From an uncultured Gemmatimonadales bacterium (lineage in GTDB: Bacteria; Gemmatimonadota; Gemmatimonadetes; Longimicrobiales; Gaopeijiaceae), in the NCBI GenBank assembly GCA_963809895.1, contig CAWELD010000010.1, positions 1,152,001-1,216,000 of the forward strand: a stretch of DNA of 64,000 bases, written 5' to 3'. The notes beneath the pieces are model-generated. The model did not search any database, was not told the DNA's origin, and saw only the letters and a program-made list of their open reading frames with translations. Positions within the stretch are counted from its first letter, which is position 1. The number at the start of each line of letters is the position of its first letter. Position numbers and translations under genes: made by a program. Below, piece after piece: positions 30,709 through 40,965 of this stretch.

Positions 30709-31728
30709 GTGACCTCAGTCATGCACGTTCCCGCTGACGTTGCCTCTATCTTCCGGACACAGCCCATCCGATTGGCAGACATCGGGGCGCGCGGGGGGTG
30801 GCAGGCAAAATGGCGCGAAGTGTCAGACCACATGGTCTTCGTGGGCTTTGAGCCCGAGCAGACCGAGTTCGAGCGCCTGTGCGCGGTGGCCGCGGCGAAC
30901 GAGGTCTACTCGGATGCGGCATTGTATCGCCGGGAGGATTGTATTCCGTTTTATCACACTCGTGATCCGGCCACGTCGTCGATCTATCGGCCGAATCGCG
31001 CACTCTGGCAGCAGTTGCTACCGAACACCGAGCGCCTGGACATCGTCCGGACGGACACCCTTGAGGCGCGTACTCTTGATGAGGCGCTGAGAGATGTCGG
31101 CCTGTCTGGTCTCGACTTCATCAAGCTCGATACCCAGGGAAGCGAGTTGGACATACTCCATGGGGCCACTGAGACCCTTGCGGGGGATGTCTTCGGGATT
31201 GAGGTCGAAGTGGAATTCGCGGAGCTCTACGAGGGACAGCCGCTCTTTCCAGACGTCCACGCACACTTGACCGGCGGGGGCTTCGACTTCGTGGACTTTC
31301 CAGAGTTCGTCTCGGTCTCCGACATGCGATGGTGGCGGACGTATGGTGCCCGGAAGGGGCTCTTCGGGCGTGCAGGTCGGTTCCTCAGGAGATTCATGGG
31401 TGCGCGAGGACCTTGGCGAGGCGCGAACCGGCTTCTCTACGCCGACGCCGTGTTCTTCCGCACCCCGGATGCCTTCCTCACGGGTGATGGAGGCGAGATC
31501 AGGCGCCGAGCTTTCCTAGCGGTATTCGTCAGTTGTGTGATGCGTTACTACGAGTACGCATTGGACTTCGTCGAGACCGCATGTCGTCTGGACCGTCTCT
31601 CCTCTGAAGATGGTGAGCTTCTGCGAGGGTTCACGCGGCGTGCCGCGCGCGCACCATCCACATTGGTGACAGACGTTGGACGAGTCGCACATCGTGTTGG
31701 CAGGCGGTTGCGGGGGCCGCCGCGATAG
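30709..31728 (+). CDS. FkbM family methyltransferase
   Basis: DIGARGG, GFEP, DFIKLDTQGSELDIL.G, EVEF..LY.GQPLF. Confidence 0.88.
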   Translation: MTSVMHVPADVASIFRTQPIRLADIGARGGWQAKWREVSDHMVFVGFEPEQTEFERLCAVAAANEVYSDAALYRREDCIPFYHTRDPATSSIYRPNRALWQQLLPNTERLDIVRTDTLEARTLDEALRDVGLSGLDFIKLDTQGSELDILHGATETLAGDVFGIEVEVEFAELYEGQPLFPDVHAHLTGGGFDFVDFPEFVSVSDMRWWRTYGARKGLFGRAGRFLRRFMGARGPWRGANRLLYADAVFFRTPDAFLTGDGGEIRRRAFLAVFVSCVMRYYEYALDFVETACRLDRLSSEDGELLRGFTRRAARAPSTLVTDVGRVAHRVGRRLRGPPR

Positions 31729-31756
31729 CCGCAAGACTCTAGGGGGCGGGACACGT

Positions 31757-32216
31757 GGCGCGTGGCATTCCTGTTGGCGCTCCCGTTGATGTCGTTGGCC
31801 ATTGTGGCCGCGAAGCTGCTCAGTCCGGGGCCGGCGCTCTTCCTGCAGGAGCGCGAAGGTCGGGGCAGTCGCACCATCTGCGTGCCGAAGATCCGCACGA
31901 TGGTCGCGGATGCTGAGGAGCGGAGGGAGGAGCTTCTGGAAACGGATCCGAAGGTAGGCGAGGAATGGAATCTTGGCTCCAACCTCCGACGCGACCCGCG
32001 TCTCATCCTGGGCATCGGCGGCTGGCTGCGACGATTCGACATCGACGAGCTGCCCCAGCTCTGGAGTGACTGATCGACTGATCCGCGGCGACATGAGCTT
32101 GGTCGGCCCGCGACCCTGTCCGACATCTACAACGTCGCAACTGGTCGCTGTGGTTGGACCTCCACATTCTGGGCTGGACGATCTTCACCGAGCTCACGGG
32201 CCACGGCGCCTATTGC
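31757..32216 (+). pseudogene. Decayed 3' fragment of a WbaP-type sugar transferase
   Basis: Colinear with the 3' part of the 33449..34921 gene. Premature TGA at 32071-32073, indels, and a missing internal segment after GPRP. Confidence 0.85.
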
Positions 32217-32383
32217 GGAGGGTATGGCCACGGCCGCCGGACACGAAGATGTTGTTCACCTCAGGCGAGGGGGCCGATACTTCAATGAGGCTCTTCGCAC
32301 CGGCCCCCGGCTGAGCCGGCTTGACGCTGGCCAGCCAGCCCGCCGTTTCCCAGCCCCATCCACCCTCCCCGAAGAAACCCATC

Positions 32384-33373
32384 ATGAGCAAGCACGTCCT
32401 CGTATGTGGTGCCGGCGGATTCATCGGCTCGCACCTGGTGAAACGCCTCCACGCCGAAGGCCATTGGGTTCGCGGCGTCGACCTCAAGTACCCCGAGTTC
32501 GGCGACACCCACGCCGACGACTTCGTGGTCGGTGATCTGCGCGATCCCTGGCTGTGCCGGCAGGTGGTGGACCGGCGCTTCGACGAGGTCTACCAGCTCG
32601 CGGCGGACATGGGGGGCGCGGGTTTCGTGTTCACCGGTGACAACGACGCGGACATCATGCACAACTCCGCGTTGATCAATCTGAACATCCTGGAGGCGTG
32701 CCACCGCAGGAACGTCAAGCGGATCTTCTACTCGTCGTCGGCGTGCATGTATCCGGAGCACAACCAGCTCGATCCGGACAATCCGAACTGCACCGAGGAT
32801 TCGGCGTATCCGGCGAACCCGGACAGCGAATACGGCTGGGAGAAGCTCTTCAGCGAGCGTCTCTATCTGGCGTTCAGCCGCAACTACGGCATCGAAGCCC
32901 GCATCGCCCGTTACCACAACATCTTCGGGCCCGAAGGGACCTGGCAGGGAGGCCGCGAGAAGGCGCCGGCCGCGCTGTGCCGGAAGGTGGCCACGACGCC
33001 GGAGGGTGGCGAGATCGAGATCTGGGGAGACGGGCTGCAGACCCGTTCGTTTCTCTACATCGACGAGTGCGTCGAGGGAACGATCCGCCTCACGCGCTCC
33101 GACTTCGCGGGCCCGGTCAACATCGGATCCGAAGAGATGGTCACCATCAACCGGCTCGCGGAGTTGATCATGGAGGTGGCCGGAAAGGACCTGTCCTTGA
33201 AGCACGTGCCCGGACCGCTGGGCGTGAGAGGGCGGAACTCGGACAATCGTCTGATCCAGGAACGTCTCGGTTGGTCACCCTCGAGCGCCCTGGTCGATGG
33301 GTTGCGTCAGACCTACCGATGGATCGAATCGGAAGCCACAGCGGCCGGCTTGATTGGCCCCGGGGCGTTGTGA
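32384..33373 (+). CDS. NAD-dependent epimerase, GDP-mannose 3,5-epimerase-like
   Basis: GAGGFIGSH, LAADMGG.GF, YSSSACMYP, YGWEK, REKAPAALCRKV, GVRGRNSDN. Confidence 0.9.
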   Translation: MSKHVLVCGAGGFIGSHLVKRLHAEGHWVRGVDLKYPEFGDTHADDFVVGDLRDPWLCRQVVDRRFDEVYQLAADMGGAGFVFTGDNDADIMHNSALINLNILEACHRRNVKRIFYSSSACMYPEHNQLDPDNPNCTEDSAYPANPDSEYGWEKLFSERLYLAFSRNYGIEARIARYHNIFGPEGTWQGGREKAPAALCRKVATTPEGGEIEIWGDGLQTRSFLYIDECVEGTIRLTRSDFAGPVNIGSEEMVTINRLAELIMEVAGKDLSLKHVPGPLGVRGRNSDNRLIQERLGWSPSSALVDGLRQTYRWIESEATAAGLIGPGAL

Positions 33374-33448
33374 GCAGGCCATTACGCGCGTTCGGACATA
33401 GTAGGATCGCGTCCACCAACGCCTCTCACATCCGGGTCTGCTAGCGTC

Positions 33449-34921
33449 ATGTCGGATCGCCGGGTCCCCCCTCGCCCCAGGCGCGAGGCGCGAGTCCAGA
33501 ATGAGACCCGCGCCCGACCGCAGGCGAATCTCCCGGCGGCACCGGCCTTCGCCGGCATGGCTCGGGTCCTTCTCCTCGCTGCCGCTGACGGCCTGGCCCT
33601 GCTTCTTGCCGGCGCCGCGGCCTTCCTTCTCTGGGCACATGCCGTCCGCCACCAACCGGCCTCCGTCTACCTGCCGGTGGCGCCTGTGGTGCTGCTGGTG
33701 ATTCTCGGCTACGCCCAGGCAGGTCTGTATCCCGGCTTCGGACTCGGCCCCGTGGAGAAGCTCCGGCGCTATTCGCTCGTCACTGCCACCGCCTTCCTGG
33801 CTCTTGCCGCTCTGACCTTTGCCCTGAAGCTCCCGGCCCAGTACTCGCGTGTGACGCTGACGCTGGCCATGGTCCTGAGCTTCTTCGTCGTGCCGGCGAT
33901 GCGGTGGGCGGCGCAGCGGATCGGGCGCCGTTTCTCGTGGTGGCCGGAGCCGGTTCTTCTGATCGGTGAGGGTCGGCGAACCGAGCTCGCACAGCGGGTG
34001 CTCGACGGCGCCGGCGGAGAATTTCGCGCGGTGGGGATCGTGACGACGAGTGATGATGTCGTCTCGGACCTTCCGGTGCTGGGCTCCCTGGACGAGTTGG
34101 AGAGCGTCAATCGCACCGGGGTCAGGATGGCCTTTGCCGACCTCCCCAGGGCTCAAGCCGACGAAGCCCTGGACCGACTGCGTGCGGCCTTTCCTCGGCT
34201 GATCATCCTCAGCGACTTCCAGGCGCTTCCCGTCGAAGGCGTACAGGTGCGCAATCTCGGCCGGGTCCTGGGTCTGGAATACGGCAACAACCTGCTGCGC
34301 CGTCAGAGCCGTTGGGTGAAGCGCACCATCGACATCCTGGTGGGCGGCGTGGCGTTCCTGTTGGCACTCCCGCTGATGGGGCTGGCCATGGTGGCCGTGA
34401 AGCTGCTCAGTCCGGGGCCGGCGCTCTTCCTGCAGGAGCGCGAAGGTCGGCACGGTCGCACCATCCGCGTGCCGAAGATCCGCACGATGGTGGCGGATGC
34501 CGAGGAGCGTATGGAGGAGATCCTGGAGACCGATCCGGCGATCCGCGAGGAGTGGAATTCAGGCTTCAAGCTCCGCCAGGATCCGCGCATCATCCCCGGA
34601 ATCGGGCGCTGGCTTCGACGCTTCAGCATCGACGAGCTCCCGCAGCTCTGGAGCGTGCTGACGGGTGACATGAGTCTGGTGGGCCCGCGGCCCTTTCCGG
34701 CGTATCATCTGGAGGCGTTGAGCGAGCGCTCCCGCGCGCTCCGGTCGCAGGTGCGTCCGGGCCTCACGGGTCTCTGGCAGATCGAGGCCCGCGGCGTCGC
34801 CGATGCCCAGACCCAGCAATCCCACGACATCTACTACATCCGCAACTGGTCGCTCTGGTTGGACCTCTACATTCTCGGCTGGACGATCTTCACCGTGCTC
34901 TCGGGGCGTGGTGCGTACTGA
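33449..34921 (+). CDS. Undecaprenyl-phosphate glycosylphosphotransferase (WbaP/WcaJ family)
   Basis: N-terminal TMs; KRTIDI, KIRTM, SIDELPQLW, GDMSLVGPRP, PGLTGLWQ, YYIRNWSLWLD. Alternative start at 33557. Confidence 0.92.
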   Translation: MSDRRVPPRPRREARVQNETRARPQANLPAAPAFAGMARVLLLAAADGLALLLAGAAAFLLWAHAVRHQPASVYLPVAPVVLLVILGYAQAGLYPGFGLGPVEKLRRYSLVTATAFLALAALTFALKLPAQYSRVTLTLAMVLSFFVVPAMRWAAQRIGRRFSWWPEPVLLIGEGRRTELAQRVLDGAGGEFRAVGIVTTSDDVVSDLPVLGSLDELESVNRTGVRMAFADLPRAQADEALDRLRAAFPRLIILSDFQALPVEGVQVRNLGRVLGLEYGNNLLRRQSRWVKRTIDILVGGVAFLLALPLMGLAMVAVKLLSPGPALFLQEREGRHGRTIRVPKIRTMVADAEERMEEILETDPAIREEWNSGFKLRQDPRIIPGIGRWLRRFSIDELPQLWSVLTGDMSLVGPRPFPAYHLEALSERSRALRSQVRPGLTGLWQIEARGVADAQTQQSHDIYYIRNWSLWLDLYILGWTIFTVLSGRGAY

Positions 34922-36638
34922 GCGTTCTCTCGACGCCCACTCGAAGCCGAGCCCGTTGGCCCGGTGGGCGAGAGGGGCGTTGCTCGCGCTGCTGTTGGTG
35001 GTGGCCTTGGCTCACATTGCCTCGGTCTTCACGCTGAACGTGAACTGGGACGAGTTCGCGCTCCTGGATCGCGCGGAGCGCAGCTTGCAGACCGGTAGCG
35101 TCCTGGGTGGGGGTCGACCTGGCCTGGGCACCATGGTCATGATGCCCTTTGCCGCGGGTTGTCGCGACGCGCTTCGCGCATTGCTGCGAGCCAGACTCCT
35201 GTGGTGCGCGGTCGTACTCGCCGCCGCCGGCGCGTATTGGGGCCTGCTCGGGAGAATGCTCCCGACGTCGGGGAATCGCTGGAGCGCCGCCGCCACAGGG
35301 CTCGGACTCTGGGTGCTGGCGCCGGACTTCCTGCGGCACTCTCTGGAGGTACGCACCGATCAGCCCGCGATCCTCTTCGGACTCCTCGGGGGTCTGGGCT
35401 TGCTGGCGTCGGTCCGGCGGACCTGGTGGGCGCTGGTGGGCGGGGGCCTCCTCGGGATCGGATTCCTCTTTTCGCAGAAGCTCTTGTACGTCGCGGGCCT
35501 GGTGGGCGTGCTCACGGTCGGCGATGTCCTCATGCGGTCCGACCTCGATGCGGCGCGCGAGCTGAAACGGGCCGTTCTCGCGCTGTCAGGGATGTTGCTG
35601 GTGGTTTTCGGCTTTCGGGGGGTGCTCGATCTCCTTTCGTCGCCGCCGTCGGCGATCCTCCCTGTATCCAGCGCCCTGAACACCTTCGCGTTCTACGGCG
35701 AGGTGGTGGGATGGCGCCAGTACCGGAGCATGCTCCCGCTGCTGCTCCCGCAGGTCATCGTGCTCGGTGTCCTGCTCATCGTCACCATCGACTGGGCGAG
35801 GAGGCCTGGGCGGCATGGTGCGGAGATTCTCACCGCTTGGGGCGTCCTCGCGCTGGGCGTTGCGGTGGCCATCTTCCACAAGGGGCGCTTCCCGTACTTC
35901 TACCTGGTCCTGGGCCTCTTTCCCGCCACCATCGGTGCCCTCGTGACCGGGCCCATGCTGGAGCGCCTGGACAGGTCCGCCGAACGGGTGGCCTATCTGG
36001 CCGTCGTGTGGGCCCCGCTGGTGCTGGTAGGCTTCATGCAGACGGCGCTTCTGACCGAGGATACGCAGGGACGACAAGCAGAAGCCCTGGCATTCATCGA
36101 CCGGAACCTCGCCCTACCGGCGCGGGGCTTCGACAGCTACGGGATCCTGAGCTGCCGTCACCAGCCCGACCGCTTCAAGGTGCGATTCGGAGAGCAGGTC
36201 AGGGCCGATTTCACTGGCCAGGAGGGCGCCGCCAACATCCAGGACATGCTGCGCGAGTTCCGGACGCGCGCGGTCGTCTTCATGATTCCGCCGTACCATC
36301 CCCAGATCTATCCGTCGGCCATCACCGGCTTCTGGGCCAGTCACTACGCGCCGTACCGAGCGGGAGTGTGGGTCGCGGGCCGGGGACTGGCAGGGCCGCC
36401 GGGCTTTGGTACCACCTTCGAGGCCCTCGCGGATGCGGACTATCGTTGGCTTCCTGACTCCACCAGGAGCGGTGTCCCCCTCGACGTAGACGGCCGGCTC
36501 CTGGACCCGGGCGACTCGATCCGGATCGATGCCGGCCGGCATGATCTGGCGCTGCCCGAAGGCGGCAAGGGCCTCTTCGTGCTCCGTCTGGACGATCCCC
36601 CGGCGCCCCTGGCCATGTCGTTCTTCTGGCCGTTCTGA
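34911..36638 (+). CDS. Polytopic membrane protein, possible GT-C (ArnT/PMT-like) glycosyltransferase
   Basis: NWDEF after TM1, EVRTD, SQK motifs; many TMs and a soluble C-terminus. Start uncertain. Confidence 0.55.
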   Translation: MRTERSLDAHSKPSPLARWARGALLALLLVVALAHIASVFTLNVNWDEFALLDRAERSLQTGSVLGGGRPGLGTMVMMPFAAGCRDALRALLRARLLWCAVVLAAAGAYWGLLGRMLPTSGNRWSAAATGLGLWVLAPDFLRHSLEVRTDQPAILFGLLGGLGLLASVRRTWWALVGGGLLGIGFLFSQKLLYVAGLVGVLTVGDVLMRSDLDAARELKRAVLALSGMLLVVFGFRGVLDLLSSPPSAILPVSSALNTFAFYGEVVGWRQYRSMLPLLLPQVIVLGVLLIVTIDWARRPGRHGAEILTAWGVLALGVAVAIFHKGRFPYFYLVLGLFPATIGALVTGPMLERLDRSAERVAYLAVVWAPLVLVGFMQTALLTEDTQGRQAEALAFIDRNLALPARGFDSYGILSCRHQPDRFKVRFGEQVRADFTGQEGAANIQDMLREFRTRAVVFMIPPYHPQIYPSAITGFWASHYAPYRAGVWVAGRGLAGPPGFGTTFEALADADYRWLPDSTRSGVPLDVDGRLLDPGDSIRIDAGRHDLALPEGGKGLFVLRLDDPPAPLAMSFFWPF

Positions 36639-36650
36639 GCGCCACCCGCC

Positions 36651-37815
36651 TCACGCCAGCGTCTTGCGGAACCTCCGATTCGCGGCCCACAGCCCGCCAC
36701 CGGCCATGGCCGCCAGGACCGTGAACTGCACCCAGAGATCCTGAATCCCCGAGCCCTTGAGGAAGATGCCGCGCACGACCTCGAGGAAGTGGCGCAGCGG
36801 GTTGGCCAGGGTGAGGATCTGGAAGAGGCGCGGCATGGTCTCCACGGGATACAGGAACCCGGAGAGGATGATGGTGGGGAGGATGAAGAGGAACATCCCC
36901 AGGAACGCCTCCTGCTGGGTGTTGGAGACCGTGGACAGCAGGAGTCCCACGGAGAGCCCGGCCAGGATGAAGAGGAAGGAGGCCAGGAGAAGTGCCGCCA
37001 CCGAGCCGCGCAGGGGGATGCCGAACCAGAGGAGCGCCACCGCGGTCACGAGCGCGAGCTGCACCAGGGCGATCCCCGCCACGGGCAGCGTCTTGCCCAG
37101 CATGAGCTCCGACGGCGCCAGCGGCGACACCAGGAGCTGATCCAGGGTCCCCATCTCCCGCTCCCGCACCACCCCCATGGCGGTGAGCAGGAGGCACATG
37201 AGGAGCACGATCACGCCGATCACGGCCGGCACGTTGTAGACGCGGCTGGCCAGGCTGGGGTTGAACCACGCCCGTGCCCGCAGGTCCACGCCGCCTGCGG
37301 GCAGGACGGCGCCGCTCTGCACCGCCAGCCGGCGGCCCACGTCGGAGAGGATGCGCAGCGCGTAGCCCTGCGCCACGGTGGCGGTGTTGGAGTTGGTGCC
37401 GTCCAGCAGGACCTGCACGGCAGGCTCCCGCCCCGCCTTCAGGTCGGCCGAGAATCCCTGGGGGATCCACAGCCCCAGCTTCGGCGTCGCCCCGGTCCAG
37501 CGCGTCGCCCAACGACGAGGGATCGTCGCTCCGGCCCGCGACCCGGAAGTGCCCGGACGCGGTGAAGGCGTCGAGCAGGAAGCGGGACTCGGCGGTGCGA
37601 TCCTGGTCCACCACCCAGGTGTCGGCCCGGCGCACGTCGGTGTTGACCGCGTAGCCGAACAGGATGAGCTGGATGACCGGCGAGACGAAGATGATGCGCT
37701 TGGTCTTGGGGTCGCGGAAGATCTGGCGCAGCTCCTTGCGCACCAGCGCCCGCACCCGGCCCGCCCGCTCCCGGAGCGTGGGCCGCCCATTGCCGTTCTT
37801 CGGACGCACGGTCAC
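36651..37815 (-). CDS. ABC-2 permease (YbhR-like), with +1 frameshift near 37480
   Basis: N-part VRKELRQIFRD...LFGYAVNTDV...DRGDAE and C-part LGLWIP...DGTNSN...REREMGTLDQLLVSP lie in different frames; removing one A from GCCGAAGCTG joins them. Confidence 0.85.
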
Positions 37816-38924
37816 AGCTCCTTCCGGAAGAATCGGGTCGCGAGGCCCAGCCCCAGCGCGGCGAAGACCGCCATGAAGACGCCCTGGACCCAGAGCACCT
37901 CCAGTCCCACGCCCTTGAGGAAGATCCCCCGGGTCACGGTGATGTAGTAGCGGGCCGGAATGAGGTAGGTGACGGCCCGGAGCACCGGGGGCATGGAGGC
38001 GATGTCGAAGAGGAATCCCGAGAGCAGCACCGCCGGCAGGTAGGTGGCCACCATGGCGATCTGCGTGGCCAGCACCTGCGACTTCACCGCCGCCGAGATG
38101 AACATCCCGAATCCCAACGCCCCGATGAGGAACAGCAGCGTGAGGAGCGCCAGCTCGGGCACGCTCCCGTTGAGGGGTGTGCCGAAGATGACCATCCCGG
38201 CGACCACCGTGACCGCCACGTCCACGACGCCGATGAGCACGTAGGGCAGGATCTTTCCGAGCACCACCTCGAGGCGGCTGACGGGCGTGGAGGCGAGCTG
38301 CTCCATGGTGCCCCGCTCCCACTCGCGGGCGATGGTGAGGGCGGTGAGCATGGCGGCGATGATGGACATGATCACCGCCACCAGCCCGGGCACGATCATG
38401 TTGCGGGATTCCAGCGTGGGATTGTACCAGACCCGGCTCTCTACCCGGAGCGGCGCCCGCCGCTCGCGCCCGTCGAGGATGGCGTTCTGCGCGTAGCGGG
38501 CGACGATGGCCTCGCCGTAGTTGAGGGCGATGGTGGCGGTGTTGGCGTCGCTGCCGTCGACCAGGAGCTGCAACGGGGCCTGCTTGCCGGACCTCAGCAG
38601 CTTGGTGAAGTCCGGGGGGATCACCAGCACGCCACGCACCTTGCCCTGCACCAGAAGCCTGTCCGCGGCCCGGGGTGTGGGCGGCCGGTCCGTGACCCGG
38701 AAGTAGCCCGTCGCTTCGAACGCCTCCACGAGCCGGCGGGTGCTGGCGGTCGCGTCGTGATCCACCACGGCCAGCGACAGATCCTCCACATCCCAGGTGA
38801 TGGCGTAGCCGAAGAACAGGAGCAGGAAGAGCGGGAGCACGAAGGCCAGGATCATGCTCCGGGGATCCCGCTTGAGCTGGATCCACTCCTTGCGAGCCAT
38901 GGCGAGCAGGCGCGTGGCGTTCAT
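37812..38924 (-). CDS. ABC-2 permease (YbhS-like)
   Basis: RKEWIQLKRD, DGSDANTA, AREWERGTMEQL. Confidence 0.92.
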   Translation of the reverse strand: MNATRLLAMARKEWIQLKRDPRSMILAFVLPLFLLLFFGYAITWDVEDLSLAVVDHDATASTRRLVEAFEATGYFRVTDRPPTPRAADRLLVQGKVRGVLVIPPDFTKLLRSGKQAPLQLLVDGSDANTATIALNYGEAIVARYAQNAILDGRERRAPLRVESRVWYNPTLESRNMIVPGLVAVIMSIIAAMLTALTIAREWERGTMEQLASTPVSRLEVVLGKILPYVLIGVVDVAVTVVAGMVIFGTPLNGSVPELALLTLLFLIGALGFGMFISAAVKSQVLATQIAMVATYLPAVLLSGFLFDIASMPPVLRAVTYLIPARYYITVTRGIFLKGVGLEVLWVQGVFMAVFAALGLGLATRFFRKEL

Positions 38925-39862
38925 CCTTCCGCCGCTCCTCCCTCGCGCCGCACCAGCGACACGAAGACGTCTTCCAGCGAAGGGCGCACCTCCAGGATCT
39001 GCTCCACGCTGGCGCCGCCCTCGCGGAGCGTCCGCTCGATCGTGCGCCGTCCTTCGGCCTCCGAGGCCACCGCCACGTGCAGCTGCCGACCGAACAGGGT
39101 GGCGTCGACGATGCCCGGCGTGCCGTTCAGCATCTCGACGCCCCCTGGTCCGTCGTCGGTGCGCACCTCGAGGATGGGCTCGGTCATCTGGCTCCTGAGC
39201 CCCGCCGGAGTGTCCAGGGCGATGAGCCGGCCGCGGTTCATGAGCGCGAGTCGGCTGCAGTACTCGGCCTCTTCCATGTAGTGGGTGGAGACGAAGACCG
39301 TGGTGCCGTGCGCCGCCAGGTCCGAGATGAGATCCCAGAAGCGTCGCCGGGCCACGGGATCCACGCCCGAGGTGGGCTCGTCCAGGAAGAGGATGGGCGG
39401 CTCGTGGACGAGGGCGCAGCCCAGGGCCAGCCGCTGCTTCCACCCCAACGGCAGATCCGCCGTCAGGTGGTCCGGTGCGTCCTGGAGCCTGGCCATCTCC
39501 AGGATCCAGCGGCGGCGCGCGTCCAGGCGCTCGCCCTGCACGGCGTAGAGGCCGGCGAAGAGCTCGATGTTCTCGGCCACCGTGAGGTCGGGGTAGAGCG
39601 AGAACTTCTGGGACATGTAGCCGATGCGCCGGCGGATGGCAGGGTGCTCGGTGCGGATGTCGTGGCCGGCGACCCGGCCCTCGCCGTCGCTCGGATCCAG
39701 GAGGCCCGTGAGCATCTTGATGGTGGTGGTCTTGCCGGCCCCGTTGGGTCCCAGGAAGCCGAAGATCTCACCACGTTCCACCTCGAAGCTGACCCGGTCC
39801 ACGGCCGTGAAGTCGCCGAAGCGTCGCGTGAGGTTCTTCACCTCGACGGCGTACTCGCTCAC
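38921..39862 (-). CDS. ABC transporter ATP-binding protein
   Basis: GPNGAGKTT, GYMSQKFSLY, LPLGWKQRLAL, LDEPTSGVDP. Confidence 0.93.
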   Translation of the reverse strand: MSEYAVEVKNLTRRFGDFTAVDRVSFEVERGEIFGFLGPNGAGKTTTIKMLTGLLDPSDGEGRVAGHDIRTEHPAIRRRIGYMSQKFSLYPDLTVAENIELFAGLYAVQGERLDARRRWILEMARLQDAPDHLTADLPLGWKQRLALGCALVHEPPILFLDEPTSGVDPVARRRFWDLISDLAAHGTTVFVSTHYMEEAEYCSRLALMNRGRLIALDTPAGLRSQMTEPILEVRTDDGPGGVEMLNGTPGIVDATLFGRQLHVAVASEAEGRRTIERTLREGGASVEQILEVRPSLEDVFVSLVRREGGAAEG

Positions 39863-40965
39863 GACCTCTCCTCGGGGGATTGCGCGGCTTCGGAGGCCTC
39901 CGCAGCCTTCGCGGCCCCCGGGGATTCCGCGGCTTCGGCCACACGGTGGATGAACACGTCCTCCAGCGTGGGCTCGATCTCGCGGGCCTCCAGGTCGGAC
40001 GGGAGCGCGTCGCTCAGACGCCGGCGAACGTCGTCCCACGAGGCCTCGGGCTTCAGGAGGGCGTGCACGCTCTCGCCGAACAGGGTGGCGCGCTGGACGC
40101 CCGGGTCCTGGCGCAGGCGCTGCCTGAGGCCCCGGGGATCGGGAGGTCGGAGCTCCACGAGACGGCCGGGCAGCGACGCCTGGAGGTGGCTCGGTGTGTC
40201 CAGCGCCATGAGCCGACCCTCGTGGAGGAGGGCCACCCGGTCGCAGCGCTCGGCCTCGTCCAGGTACGAGGTGGACACCAGCACCGTCGTTCCCTGGGCC
40301 ACCATCTCGTGGAGGATCAGCCAGAGCTCCCGCCGCGAGATGGGATCCACCCCGAAGGTGGGCTCGTCCAGCAGCAGGATCCTGGGTCGATGGATGAGGC
40401 TGCAGGACAGCGCGAGCTTCTGCTTCATGCCTCCCGAGAGCGCGCCCGCGAGGCGATCCGCGAACTCGCCGAGGCGCGAGAAGCGGTAGAGTCGCTGCAG
40501 GCGCTCGGGGCGCTGCCAGCGGGGCACCCGGAAGAGGTCGGCGTAGAAGTGGAGGTTCTCCTCCACGGTGAGGTCCTCGTAGAGCCCGAAGCGCTGCGCC
40601 ATGTAGGCGATGTGGGGCTTCACGCCCTCGGGATCGTCGGCCACGGAGATGCCCGCCACCTCGGCATCGCCGCTGCTGGGCGACAGGACGCCGGCCAGCA
40701 TGCGGAGCGTCGTGGTCTTGCCGGCGCCGTCAGGCCCCACCAGGCCGAAGAGCTCTCCGGCCTTCACGCTCAGGGAGAGGCCGTCGACGGCGGTGGTGGC
40801 GCCGAAACGGCGGGTGAGCTCGCGCAGCGTGACGGTTCCGGGCACCCGGGGCTCGTCGGGCAGCGCGGTGCGGCGGTGCGGCGTGGTGGCGCGCGTGGCG
40901 CCGCCCTGGCCGCGGCCGTCGGAGCGCTCGGAGCCCTCGGAGGCGTCGGAGGCGTTGGAGGTCAC
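39859..40965 (-). CDS. ABC transporter ATP-binding protein
   Basis: GPDGAGKTT, LSGGMKQKL, LDEPTFGVDP. Start may lie further downstream. Confidence 0.9.
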   Translation of the reverse strand: MTSNASDASEGSERSDGRGQGGATRATTPHRRTALPDEPRVPGTVTLRELTRRFGATTAVDGLSLSVKAGELFGLVGPDGAGKTTTLRMLAGVLSPSSGDAEVAGISVADDPEGVKPHIAYMAQRFGLYEDLTVEENLHFYADLFRVPRWQRPERLQRLYRFSRLGEFADRLAGALSGGMKQKLALSCSLIHRPRILLLDEPTFGVDPISRRELWLILHEMVAQGTTVLVSTSYLDEAERCDRVALLHEGRLMALDTPSHLQASLPGRLVELRPPDPRGLRQRLRQDPGVQRATLFGESVHALLKPEASWDDVRRRLSDALPSDLEAREIEPTLEDVFIHRVAEAAESPGAAKAAEASEAAQSPEERS

